DNA of 64,000 nucleotides. It comes from Octopus sinensis (Eukaryota). Positions 12,485 to 24,085 of the stretch are shown piece after piece. Within the stretch, counting starts at the first letter, position 1, and each line of letters opens with the position of its first letter. A program made the translations under genes and the position numbers. The stretch is taken from positions 126,542,001 to 126,606,000 of the forward strand of contig NC_043000.1 in the NCBI RefSeq assembly GCF_006345805.1, written 5' to 3'. A model generated the notes under the pieces. That model was not told the DNA's origin and made no database searches. It worked only from the letters and a program-made list of their open reading frames with translations.

Positions 12485-12930
12485 TCATCATCATCATCAT
12501 CGTTTAAGATCCACTTTCCATGCTAGCAAGGGTTGGACGATTTGACTGAGGACTGGTGAACTAGATGGCTGCACCAGGCTCCAATCTTGATCTGGCAGAG
12601 TTTCTATAGCTGGATGCTCCGAGAGTATAGTGGGTGCTTTTACGTGCCGCCAGCACGAGGACCAGTCAGGCGGTACTGGCAACGGCCATGCTGGAATGGT
12701 GTTTTTTACATGCTACCTGCACAGGAGCCAGTCCAGTGGCACTGGCAACGATCTCGCTCGGATGCTTTTTCCCGTGCCACCGGCACAAGGGGTGACACTG
12801 GTGGCGATCACGCTCGAATGGTGCTTTTTATGTGCCACCAGCATGGAAGCCAGTTAACTACTCTGACAACGACCATGCTCGGATGGTGTTTTTAGCACTC
12901 CACTAGCACAGATGCCAGTCACCGAACTGT
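12485..12930 (-). mobile_element. RTE family D 3'UTR with 5 internal repeat units
   Basis: Same ordered units as 26450-27050. Confidence 0.85.
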
Positions 12931-13954
12931 CATTTTAACGAGATTTTTTACTTATTTATCACCCAAGATACGTTCACACCACCGGATGCTCCTGTACAAG
13001 TTTTTGTGTGTCCCACAAGAGGAGTCAATGCTGGATGTGTCGAAACAATTGTTGTGATTAATAATATATTCTCGTATATTCCATTTTCAGTCTTTTATTT
13101 GTTATTTATATATATATATGTTTATATATCCACATTTATATACTTGTAACACAGACAAACAAGAAAATACAACTCAAAGCATGAATGTGTGTATGTGCAC
13201 GCGCACACACACACACAACAAATGGAAAAAACATCTATTCTCTCACTTCACTTCTCTATCTGCTCAGTTTTTATATAAATGTTTATACATACATATATGC
13301 ATATATAAATTATATAGATATATATATATATTTAATTTGCAGAAGTTACTAATGCTGATTAAAAAAAAAAATGTATACATTTATATAATTTTTGAAGTTG
13401 TAATTTCAACATTTTTGTTGATTTTTTCAAGTATTTTCCCCAGCTGTGTTGATAAACTAAAAATGTAACATAGTGAAGTTTCAATGCAATTAATATTTTC
13501 AAATATTTATATTGATTAGTTTAATTTCATTTTCCCCCACTCCCAATACAAAGCAAACAAGAAAAAGCTTGATTTTAATCAATATCTTTTGAAGACATGG
13601 TTCACAGAGAGAAGTATGGATAGTCATTTACATTACATGCCAGAGCGGTTAACTAGCACCTGTGCCGGTGGCACGTGTAAAAAGATTCAAGGTCATTGCC
13701 AGTACCGCCTGACTAGCCCCCGTGTTGGTGGCACGTAAAAGCATCCACTACACTCTTGGAGTGGTTGGTGTTAGGAAGGGCATCCAGCTGTAGAAGCTCC
13801 ACCAGATCAAGATTGGAGCTTGGTGCAGCCATCTGGTTCGCCAGCCCTCAGTCAAATCGTCCAACCCATGCTAGCATGGAAAGCAGACATCAAACAATGA
13901 TGATGATTAACAAATAATATTAATGGAACTTCTTAAAAAAATACACAATAGACA

Positions 13955-14235
13955 CAGGTATGGTTGTGTGGCACCTTGGGCAAGTGTTTCTATGACCAAA
14001 GCCTTGTAAATGGATTTGGTAGATAAAAACTGAAAGAAGCCTATCATGTGTGTGCATGTTTGTCTCTACAAGTGTTGGTGTGTTTACGTCCCTGTAACTT
14101 AGTAGTTCAGCAAAAGAAACTGATAAAATAAGTATCAGGTTTAACAAAAAAATAAGTACTGGGATTGATTCATTCAACTGAAAATTCTTCAAGACTATGC
14201 CCCAGCATGGCCACAGTCAAATGACTGAAACAAGT
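13955..14235 (+). mobile_element. SINE family A, degenerate
   Basis: Similarity to other copies. Confidence 0.7.
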
Positions 14236-14564
14236 AATAAATAAAAGATAATCAAATTGAGTGAATGACTGACCACCCTCATGGCTGAGTGTCAGAGAAA
14301 TAACAACCATTCCTTGCTACATCCTATGGTATTGTGCTGCAGCTATGCACTCCACCAGGGTCCTCTCCATCCAGTCCTTGATGTCATTATTCTATTTTTG
14401 TCTTTGTCACACACAAGCCTGTTTTCCATTCACCCAAACCCTTAAGATGTGCATGCAGAAGTTCTGAACCCTGATAACTTGTCCAAAATATTGCAGTTTT
14501 CACTGTCTGATTATTGAAATCAATCTCTGTTCCATTCCCATCTTCTCCTGGACTTGAATGGTTC

Positions 14565-14823
14565 ATAATAATGAAATTATTGTATACAGTGCTCAGGTGC
14601 ACCACAACTTGTCAAAAGTGCATATAAAGAATATGCAGTAATGTACAAATGTCTGGAAAGTGAATAGTGTATGAGTCAGATACATGCTTGCATGTGTATG
14701 GAGGGGAGAAAATCAGGTGTAGTGTTGGCGAATCTCAGGAAGCATGGAAGTTTTGAAGGATGCAGTGCTCCAACAACTAACAACTGATGCCGGCAGTTTG
14801 TTCCATACTTCAGCAACTCTTAG
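14565..14823 (-). mobile_element. CR1-clade LINE 3' end
   Basis: Same family as 1-310; gtgcacctgagcactgtatacaat tail. Confidence 0.85.
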
Positions 14824-15486
14824 GCTGCACAACTGATCTGCCATATTCACTCATGATTATGAGCAATGCTGGTAATATGATAGGGTTGTCAGTGAATAAA
14901 CCAATTCTTCCGCACTTGACTGGTAATGAGGGTTACTAGAAACTCTGTAGGACAAACAAAATAGCTGTCAAAAAAAAAAAAACCAGTGAACCTAACATGG
15001 AATCAATGACTATCTAGCAACAGAAATTCCAAGATAGTGTCCAGTAGGTCTAGCATGCTGCAAAATCACTGAGAATAAAGTACTTTTATAGTTTTTGTTA
15101 AAGCATGTCTCTACATTGGCAGTGTAACTGGGTTGGTAATCTGGTCTCGGTAGCCTGGGAATGGAGGCAGACTAGAAGAAAGCTAACTGAGTATAAACAC
15201 TCAGTGTCTGTGAGCGCAAGCAGAGATGCAAAGGAAAAGGGAGTCAACCCTGACAATCAGATTAAAAGAGAACTTGAGACTCAAACCTAATCATCCTGAA
15301 GCGAATATAGACACAAGTCCTGTTTAATGTCTGTTTTCCTTGCTTGCATGGGTTGGATTGGTTTGACAGGAGCCCGTGAGAGAGAGGACTGTGCCAAGCT
15401 CCAATGTCTGCTTTGGCATCGTTTTTACAGCTGGAGGCCTTTCCTAAACCTAACCACTTCACAAATGGATGATAAAATTCACCTAC

Positions 15487-15669
15487 CTAAGTTTAGATAA
15501 TACCGGGCTGTGTCTGGCTTCAATTTGATTGCAGTGAGAAAGTTACGCTCACTTTCTTTATATCGACCCAGTTTCCCAAGTATACTTGCTAGATGAAGAT
15601 ACAAAATAGATTCTCCTGGAAGGTGGCGCAGAGCCACATTGCACACAGTTTCAGCAGCTGTTAGGTTTC
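15487..15669 (-). CDS. TMTC4: TMTC4 exon 13 (TPR): (G)NLTAAETVCNVALRHLPGESILYLHLASILGKLGRYKESERNFLTAIKLKPDTARYYLNL(G)
   Basis: atttcag acceptor, GTAGGT donor, 183 nt, phase 1-1. Confidence 0.94.
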
Positions 15670-15718
15670 CTGAAATATAAACAAGAATAACAGAAAATTA
15701 TGATTTTTTTTTATTTAA

Positions 15719-15930
15719 CCCTTTCGTTACTGTATTTATTTTGAGATGCTCTTTGTTTTTCTCAATTATTTTAGATATAGCAAAGAATTTAGTAAAATAA
15801 CTTAGTTATCATTAAGCTAGTGTCAGAGACCATTAATTGTGACTAAGGTTTGGTGGAAGATTTTACTTCAAAATTTATGAAAACAAGACATTTGTACTAC
15901 AGAGCCAGAGCCGGTTTTGTAACAAAAGGG
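15719..15930. mobile_element. piggyBac-type MITE (family P1)
   Basis: TTAA|CCCTTTCGTTAC...GTAACAAAAGGG|TTAA; 49 bp from the exon 13 acceptor. Confidence 0.85.
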
Positions 15931-16203
15931 TTAAATCCCTCCCAGCATGGTAATGTCAGCAAGCATCAACTTTATCACTGGGTGTTTATCTATATTTTTG
16001 TGAAGAATTTTTCCATCAAGAACTAATAAATTTTCAGGCTGTACTGTTCAAACTGGTGCTCCATCAGTTACAACGAGGGTTCCAGTTGATCTGATCAACA
16101 GAACAGCCTTCTCATGAAATCATTGTGCAAGTGGCTGAGCATTCCTCAGACATGCGTACCTTTAACATAGTTCTCAGGGAAATTCAGTTTGACAAAGGCT
16201 GGC

Positions 16204-16796
16204 GGATCTTTACCTTTTGACCGACAGATTTAAAAAATAATTTTTTGTAACTAAACACTTTCAAACTTCGGACAATGGTAGAATGTGTCATATAAAACAT
16301 GTTTTACTCTTAGCATTTTTGAGAAAAACTTATATTTACAAAGTTGTTTCACATTAAAGTAGTCGTATTTTGGTAATTTCAACCAATCAATGATGTGTAT
16401 TCAACTGAATAACATTACTGCTGTTGTTTGTCAACAACTATCGGCAGTGAATTTTTCGTTTGTCACTGTTATTTATGACATCATTCATGCTTTTGTACAG
16501 GTTTTAGGGTTAGGATTGTCATAAAAAACGGTGACAAACGAAATATACACTGCCGGAAGTTCTTGTTAACAAACAACAGCAGTAATTTTATTCAGCTGAA
16601 TACACATCATTGATTAATTGAAATTACTGAAATAGGACAACTTTAACGTGAAATAACTTCATAAATATAAGTTTTTCTCAAACATGCTAAGAGTAAAACG
16701 TGTTTTATATGACACATTCTACCAGTGTCCGAAGTATGAAAGTGTTTAGTTACAAAAAATTATTTTTTAAATCTGTCGGTCAAAAGGTAAAGATCC
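16204..16796. mobile_element. 593-bp foldback non-autonomous DNA transposon, Merlin-like
   Basis: Arms 16204-16480 and 16517-16796 are near-perfect inverted repeats with termini GGATCTTTACC...GGTAAAGATCC; 8-bp TSD AGGCTGGC at 16196-16203 and 16797-16804. Confidence 0.85.
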
Positions 16797-17151
16797 AGGC
16801 TGGCCTTTTAAGTTACGGGTGCAACTTATTTTGGCCAGTTGAGTAGACTGAAGAAATGTGAAATAAAGTGTCTCAAGGACTTTAACTGGAAAATGTTAAA
16901 TAGATTCAAACCAGTGAAAGACATATCAGAGCAGCGAATAACAATAGAATCTGAAGAGCAGAAAAAAATTAATCCAAACACTTCCATAATTGCTCAACAG
17001 TGACCCCGACCACTCGATATTGCACTACATGTGAATCAAGTACTCACTAGTAGCCTCCAAACTAATCATAGAGCTGCCTATAAAGGGCAAAAGTCACAAA
17101 AAAACCCCTAAAAGATGTTGTAAAATGAAATATTTAATGAAGTTTACTTAC

Positions 17152-17266
17152 CCATGTTATCAAGAAGAATTACCATGTTACTCCAAGAACTTAGATGTGT
17201 AGATTTTAACAAGGTTGCATTTTGCCAAGCAAGTAGGGCCAGTTGATATTGTTTTGTCTCCAAGAA
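17152..17266 (-). CDS. TMTC4: TMTC4 exon 12 (TPR): FLETKQYQLALLAWQNATLLKSTHLSSWSNMVILLDNM(G)
   Basis: ttcctag acceptor, GTAAGT donor, 115 nt; human AWRNATVLKPEHSLAWNNMIILLDN. Confidence 0.94.
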
Positions 17267-17691
17267 CTAGGAAATATAATATTTTTTTAAAAATGTAATA
17301 TAAACTTTTATAATAACAATGGAAGAAAATTTATATTTCAAAGATGATGATGATCATTTCATTAAATTGAAAGAAAAGTAGAGTTACAATTAATACCACA
17401 GTATTTAAAAATGGCTAGGTGTGGTGATCCTTAAATTAGAAAAATATCCAACATTTCATTGTTGGGCATCTTTAGTAAAGTTCAACCTCTTTCAAACATT
17501 TACACCAAACCTTTGGTTCTGTTGTCATCTACATTTTTTTTCTGCAGATGTTCAGGCTGAGCATCAACCTCAAAAGTCTTGAAGACCAAGAGAGAGCACA
17601 GACACTGCACCTCTTCCTTTGGTTAACACACACACACACACCACACACACAGACATATGGATGCATATACATTTTATATAAAACGAATACT

Positions 17692-17924
17692 CTTTACTCT
17701 TTTACTTTGTTTCAGTTATTTTGACTGTTGCCATGCTGGAGCACAGCTTTTAGTCGAGCAAATCGACCCCAGGACTTATTCTTTGGAAGTCTAGTACTTA
17801 TTCTATCGGTCTATTTTGCCGAACTGCTAAGTTACGTGGATGTAAACACACCAGCATCGGTTGTCAAGCGATGTTGGGGGGGACAAACACAGATGTAAAA
17901 ACATATACACACACATACGTACAT
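17692..17924 (-). mobile_element. SINE family A, tail half (split by RTE insertion)
   Basis: Same tail as other family A copies. Confidence 0.85.
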
Positions 17925-18486
17925 ATCTCTCTATCCACTCAGTCGAAGTCGACTCTCGGTCACTCGTTGGATCAGTGTCCTCCAGTCAGTTCTATCCTGG
18001 GCCGCTTCTTTCAGATTGGCTATGTCCATTCTGGTATCACTCTTGATGGTGTCAAGCCAGCGGGTTCTTGGTCGGCCTCTTCCTCTCTTGCCACTGACCA
18101 TTCCGAGCATGATGTCCTTCTCCAGGGATTTTCTCCGCATAATATGACTGAAATATGCCAATCTATGCTTGGTGATCCTAGCTTCTAGCGACATTTTTGG
18201 CCTTATCTGCTTAAGAACTTCTCCATTGGTGAGCCTCGCTGTCCATGGAATCCGTAAAAGTCTTCTCCAACACCAAAGCTCGAATGCATTAATTCTTTTC
18301 TGGTCAGCTTTCTTTAGTGTCCAGGTCTCGCATCCATATGTTGCTATTGGGAAGACAATTGCATTCACCAATCTGCATTTGGTAGCGAGTCTGATGTCTC
18401 TACTCTTCCAGACCCTGCTCATGCTGACCATTGCCTCTCTGCCTAGTACTATCCGCTGTCTTATTTCTGGAGTGCAGTCACCTTCT
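17925..18486 (-). mobile_element. 5'-truncated BovB/RTE-clade LINE, intact RT C-terminal ORF (about 185 aa)
   Basis: DCTPEIRQRI...FPIATYGCETWTLKKADQKRINAFELWCWRRLLRIPWTAR...KRGRGRPRTRWLD closely parallels the BovB ORF C-terminus; short (AG)n tail after stop at 17931. Confidence 0.9.
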
Positions 18487-18560
18487 CGACAATGGGTTTC
18501 TTTCAGTTTCCGTCTACCAAATCCACTCACAAGGCTTTGGTCGGCCCAAGGCTATAGTAT
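18487..18560 (-). mobile_element. SINE family A, head-side fragment (split by RTE insertion)
   Basis: gggtttctttcagtttccgtctaccaaatccactcacaaggctttggtcggcc. Confidence 0.85.
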
Positions 18561-18989
18561 AGAATACTGTAACACTACCTCTTCAATGCTTTAACAACTC
18601 AGTATCATCCTTGCCATTGTTTTTAACATTCATGTTTCCATGCTGGCATGAATCAGACAGAGTTCCTTGAGGCAGATTTTACAATGGCTGGATGCCCTTC
18701 CTGTCACCAATCCTTGCCTGTTTCCAAGTAAAGTAATGTTTCCTCATGATCAGACATGGTTTCGTGGAAGAATGGAAATGAAGGACAGTGCTTCAATAAT
18801 GAAGCTGATCGTTGTGTAATGTTAGGACAAAGAGATACACAAACGTACGTATATGTGTGGGTTTATTTCAGCATCTGTCTACCAAATCTGTTCACAAGGC
18901 TCATTGTGTGGGATTGAACCTGAAACTATGTAGTTGGGAAGCAAATATCTTAAACATAGTCATGCCTGTACCTATATATTCTTTTCAAT

Positions 18990-19402
18990 TCTGGCAGCTG
19001 ACTTGGCAGACACCCATAAAATTATTAACCATCTTACTAACAATAACTCTGAGCACCTTTTCAAACTTCACCTGTCTAACACCTGTGGACATATTTACAA
19101 AGTCAGAAAACAGCACAGTTCCCATGACTTTCGGAAACGTTTTTTTCATGCTAAGAGTTGCTGAAGTATGGAACAAACTGCCGGCATCAGTTGTTAGTTG
19201 TCAGAGCACTGCATCCTTCAAAACTTCCATGCTTCCTGAGATTCACCAACACTACACCTGATTTTCTCCCCTCCAGACACACGCAAGCACGTATCTGCCT
19301 CATACACTGTTCACTTTCCAGACATTTTGTACATCACTGCATATGCTTTATACGCACTTTTGACAAGTTGTGGTGCACCTGAGCACTGTATACAATAATT
19401 TC

Positions 19403-19437
<35 letters not shown>

Positions 19438-19455
19438 TTCATTATTATTATTATT
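18990..19455 (+). mobile_element. CR1-clade LINE 3' end with (AAT)n tail
   Basis: ADLADTHKIINHL...FFMLRVAEVWNKLP...EIHQHYT* then 3'UTR and (AAT)n. Confidence 0.88.
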
Positions 19456-20008
19456 ATAAACAAAGGGTGGATGAGAAATACAGAGACATTGCTAGACAGG
19501 CAGACACAAATGAAATTATTATTATTATACTAAGACAAAGTTCATCTTTAATATACTTAATTTTCGTTCGTCTGTTATGAACCATTTTCAAATAGATAAC
19601 CAGGGAAAGTATTGATTAAAGAAGTTAATGCTAATGCATAGAGTTTTAAAAAAATACAATACAATAAAACAAGCAAAGCGTTAAAAAACAATCACCATTG
19701 ATTTCATTTTTCCAGCAAGTATGGGAGACAACTCGTGATATTTTTTTTAAAATTTGGGCCTTGTTCTAACGTCTGCAGAACACACCCAACACGAATTTGC
19801 CAAAATAGTAATGAAAACAAAAGCAAAAACAGGCAAATGTGCAAGATTATGCATTTGGGGAAGACAGGAAAATAGAATTGTGTAGAGATTAACTATTTAG
19901 AGATGAACTCTTTGCATGAACACCCTCCCTGTACATAACTCCTTGTCCCCCTACATGGCCTTGCTTTTGGCTTTTTGAGCCAAAATATTAACTTACTATT
20001 TCAAAGAC

Positions 20009-20131
20009 ATCAACGGCATCTTTAAAAAAAAAAAAATCAACTGGTTCTCATCTGATCACCGAAGTTAAGCAACGTTGAGCCTAATCAGTACTTAGATGGG
20101 TGACCACTTGGGAAACCTAGGAGCTGTAAGC
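20009..20131 (+). pseudogene. 5S rRNA pseudogene (near full length, poly-A disruption in 5' part)
   Basis: CTCATCTGATCACCGAAGTTAAGCAACGTTGAGCCTAATCAGTACTTAGATGGGTGACCACTTGGGAA...GCTGTAAGC follows the invertebrate 5S consensus including box A and box C. Confidence 0.85.
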
Positions 20132-20152
20132 ATTCTATTACTATCCTTTGTA

Positions 20153-20545
20153 GGCGTAGGAGTGGCTGTGTGGTAAGTAGCTTACTTACAAACCACATGG
20201 TTCCGGGTTCAGTCTCACTGTGTGGTACCTTGGCAAGTGTCTTCTACTATAGCCTCGGGCAGACCAAAGCCTTGTAAGTGGATTTGGTAGACGGAAACTG
20301 AAAGAAGCCCATCGTATATATGTATGTGTATGTGTATACGTTTGTGCGTCTGTGTTTGTCCCCCCAACATCGCTTGACAACCAATGCTGGTGTGTTTACA
20401 TCCCCGTAATTTAGCAGTTCGGCAGGTGAGACCAATAGAATAAGTACTAGGCCTACAAAGAATAAGTCCTGGGGTCGATTTGCTTGACTAGAGGCGGTGC
20501 TCCAGCATGGTTACAATCAAATGACTGAAACAAGTAAAAGAGTAT
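20153..20545 (+). mobile_element. SINE family A (tRNA-like head, CORE-like CCTTGGGCAAG domain, internal TA/CA microsatellite, AAAGAGTA-type tail)
   Basis: Full-length copy of a roughly 390-bp repeat present more than 15 times in the window; A/B-box-like TGTGTGGTAAG and GGTTCAGTCCC. Confidence 0.85.
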
Positions 20546-20760
20546 AGGTTTCAAATTTTGGTACAAGGCCAGCAATTTCAGGGAAAGGGTAAGTCAATTA
20601 CATTGACTCCAGGGCTCAAGTGGTACTTATTTTATCGACCCTGGAAGGATGAAAGGCAAAGTCAACCCTGGTGGAATTTGAACTCAGAACATAAAAATGG
20701 ACAAAATGCTGCTAAGCATTTTGCCTGGCGTGCTAACTATTCTGCCAGTTCACCATTTTA
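20546..20760 (-). mobile_element. SINE family B
   Basis: Reverse-complement core ggtacttattttatcgaccctggaaggatgaaaggcaaagtc. Confidence 0.75.
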
Positions 20761-21199
20761 AGTTAAGCTCATATTTTTTAACATTCTATGCATTAAATGT
20801 AACTCACATTAAATATTTTGTGAAATAAAAAATATTAATTTAATGAGTAATATTCATTTTCAGAATTTATTAAATTTCTTTTTTGCCAGCCATTATGGAA
20901 GACAATTTGAAGTTCTAAGCTAAAATGTTCTCAAAAGAGAATCCAGTGAAAAACTATCTCTTATTGCTTAGCACCAGAACAACAGGAATAAGGTTTTGTT
21001 CACCATCACAACTCTTGGAATTAAAAAGAAGGAATACAGACATGGAGGTGTGTTAAGAAGCTTGCACCCCTAACCATCTGACTTTGAGTTCAGGTGGTTG
21101 GGATGCAAGTGTGCCACCTTGGGTAAGTGTCCAAATACAGACCCAGGCTGACCAATGCCTCATGAATGAATTTAGTAGATAGAAACCGAAAGAGGCAGC

Positions 21200-21430
21200 A
21201 AGCTGGCAGAAACGTTAGGACATCAGGCGAAGTGCTTAGTGGTATTTCGTCTGTCTTTATGTTCTGAGTTCAAATTCCGCCGAGGTAAACTTTGTCTTTC
21301 ATCCTTTCGGGGGTCAATTAAATAAGTACCAGTTACGCACTGGGGTCAATATAATCGACTTAATCCGTTTGTCTGTACTTGTTTGTCCCATCTATGTTTA
21401 GCTCCTTGTGGGCAATAAAGAAATAAGAAA
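21200..21430 (+). mobile_element. SINE family B
   Basis: gctggcagaaacgttag...ttctgagttcaaattccgccgagg...gggcaataaagaaataagaa. Confidence 0.8.
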
Positions 21431-22014
21431 CTGAAAGAGGCCCATACTACATACATATGAGTGTGTGTATGTATGTGAGCATGTTACTATCTCCTTGCCT
21501 CGATACTGTGTGGTAGTTGTAAACAAGGTAGTAAAGCAAGTGATGACCATTTTTAATCTTGCACAAAAACTGGTTTGGCTATGAGAAAATATGATCTTAC
21601 TTGAAAACAGGTGAGGATTGGGTGACAAGAAGGGCATCCACTTGTAGCAAATCTGCCTCAACAAATTCTGACAGAGTCATGTAAGCATGGATAAGTCATC
21701 ATCATCATCATCATCATTGTTTAACGTCTGCTTTCCATGCTGGCATGGGTTGGACAGTTTGATAGGAGCTAGCCAGGCAGGAATCTGCACCAGACTTCTG
21801 TGTCTGTTTTGGCAGGGATTTTACAGTTGGATGCCCTTCCAAATGCCAATAACTTTACGGTGAGGACTGGATGTTTTTTACATGGCATCAGCATTGGCAG
21901 GGTCATCAAGTAACTTACAAGACAAAAATCCTTTTATAAGGGAGGGGGCATTGGAGGAAGTGATCTTGTGTCAGATGATGAAAGTTTATAGTGAGACAGA
22001 AACAGGTGTCTTGC

Positions 22015-22440
22015 TAAGGTGGCGAGCTGGCAGAAATGTTAGTACACCGGATGAAATGCTTAGCAGTATTTCGTCTGCTGCTACGTTCTGAGTTCAAATT
22101 CTGCCGAGGTCGACTTTGCCTTTCATCCTTTTGGGGTTGATAAATTAAGTACCAATTATGCACTGGGGTCAATATAATCGACTTAATTCGTTTGTCTGTC
22201 CTTGCTTGTCCCTTCTGTGTTTCGCCCCTTGTGGGTAGTAAAGAAATGGGTATTTCGTCTGCCGCTACGTTCTGAGTTCAAATTCCGCCGAAGGCCGACT
22301 TCGCCTTTCATCCTTTCGAGGTTGATAAATTAAGTACCAGTTACATACTGGGGGTTGATCTAATCGACTTAATCCCTTTGTCTGTCCTTGTTTGTCCCCT
22401 CTATGTTTAGCCCCTTGTGGGCAATCAAGAAATAAGAAAC
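22015..22440 (+). mobile_element. Two tandem SINE family B copies inserted in an RTE-tail remnant
   Basis: Host sequence gaaacaggtgtcttgct resumes on both sides. Confidence 0.75.
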
Positions 22441-22711
22441 AGGTGTCTTGCTGTAGAAGAGGTACAAGGTTATCCAGTGAGAGAGAGAGAGAGAATGAGG
22501 ACAGAAACATGTGTGCTGCTGTAAAGGAGATACATGGTTACCCAGCCTGAGGGAAGAGCAGGAGAAGGGGAGAAAGAGTGGGAGACAACAAGAGTACAAG
22601 AAAGAGCAGGAGAGAGATGGTGGATGTTAAAAACAATGATGATGATGATAACTTCACAAGTAGAAATGATGAAGGTAAAAAAAAAAGTTTCTGTGAAATG
22701 AATACACTTAC

Positions 22712-22853
22712 ACAGTTTCCCATATTATAATAACAGTCTGGATAGTTCCGCCGGTGCTGAATAGCTGTGCGATAACTAGATAAAGCTTCTTCATATTTTT
22801 TCTGAGATGCCTTAACTATGCCAAGATTCATCCAGGCTGTGGAAAACGAAGGT
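22712..22853 (-). CDS. TMTC4: TMTC4 exon 11 (TPR): (R)PSFSTAWMNLGIVKASQKKYEEALSSYRTAIQHRRNYPDCYYNMGNC
   Basis: gtcag acceptor, GTAAGT donor, 142 nt. Confidence 0.94.
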
Positions 22854-23021
22854 CTGACATTGCATAAAAAAAAAAAGAGAAAAGAAATCATTAATATTAA
22901 ACAACAATAAAGTTAGGTATGAAAATTGTAAACCTATTTTGGAAAACAGAAATGTAAAAAGACATAATTCAATAGGAAATACTTAGAATACAAACATTAT
23001 TGGAATGGAGTCAACTGTCAA

Positions 23022-23400
23022 TCTATATATATAAAACTGTAGTTGTGTGAGTGTCTGTCCCCTTCGATTTAGATTCCTAACTACTCCCACATTTTGCGGT
23101 GCAGTTTAACCAAAACCGGGTATCTTATAGTCGTGATTCATATCAAGCCCTTCTGGGTATTAGCGCGAGTCTACGATTTTAAAAATAATTTACCATCATT
23201 TTTTTCCATTTTAACACATATTTTTTTAAATATAAGGGAAGTAACTCTCTAAAAATATCTACGATGAGTCAAAGATTTAAAAAAAAAATTACTATAATTT
23301 TTTTCCCATTTTTAATGCATTTTTTTGGCTATAACTCTCTAAAAATGCTTATATAGTTATTTCCCTTACAAACCCGAGCAACGCCAGGCGATACTGCTAG
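23022..23400 (+). mobile_element. Non-autonomous Helitron
   Basis: A|TCTATATATATAAAA 5' end, subterminal CCCGAGCAACGCCAGG hairpin, CTAG|T 3' end, no TSD. Confidence 0.75.
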
Positions 23401-23484
23401 TAACTAATAAATTAATCAACAGGATGTGCTTAAATAGTTGTGTGGCTGGTTCAATTATCGTTTTCATTTTCATTGTTATCACTT

Positions 23485-24085
23485 GTAAGGTGGCGAGCTG
23501 GCAGAATTGTTAGGACACTGGATGAAATGCTTAGTGGAATTTCGCCCGTCGCTATGTTCTGAGTTCAAATTCTGCTGAGGTCGACTTCGCCTTTTATCCT
23601 TTCGGGGTTGATAAATTAAGTACCAGTGGAAAACTGGGGTTGATGTAATTGACTCAAGTCCTTTCCCACCAAAATTTCAGGCCTTGTGCCTATAGTAAAA
23701 GGATTATTATTATATGTGCGAAGGCAACAAATTGGCAGAATTGTTAACATGCTAACAAAAGACGACAAGCTGGTAGAAATGTTAGCACGCCGGGCAAAAT
23801 GCTTAGCGGTATTTCGTCTGCCGTTACGTTCTGAGTTCAAATTCCGCCAAAGTTGACTTTGCCTTTCATCCTTTCGGAGTCGATAAATTAAGTACCAATT
23901 ACGCACTGTGGTTGATGTAATCGACTTAATCCCTTTGTCCCCTCTGTGTTTAGCCCCTTGTGGGCAATAAGGAAATAAGAATTGTTAGCATGCTGGACAA
24001 AATGCTTAGCAGGATTTCTTTCAGTATTTTTTTTTTCATGTTTTGATTTCAAATACTGTCAAGGTTGACTTTGCCTTTCATCCTC
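23485..24085 (+). mobile_element. Three SINE family B copies in tandem
   Basis: Repeated head and core at about 23485, 23765 and 23980. Confidence 0.75.

Noticed and set aside
12630-12900. Repeat-spacer pattern (25-bp constant plus 30-40 nt variable) resembling a CRISPR array
   Set aside because: Eukaryotic intron with no cas genes. The same spacers occur in the same order at 26600-26900, so it is the 3'UTR of a dispersed RTE.
16504-16514. Interstitial telomere
   Set aside because: Only about two TTAGGG units, inside a transposon spacer.
17871-18594. Plus-strand ORFs of 105 and 141 aa
   Set aside because: Antisense shadows of the RTE ORF fused to SINE sequence.
20153-20230. tRNA genes at SINE heads (also 42370-42440)
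   Set aside because: No cloverleaf acceptor stem or 3' end; they run into SINE bodies.
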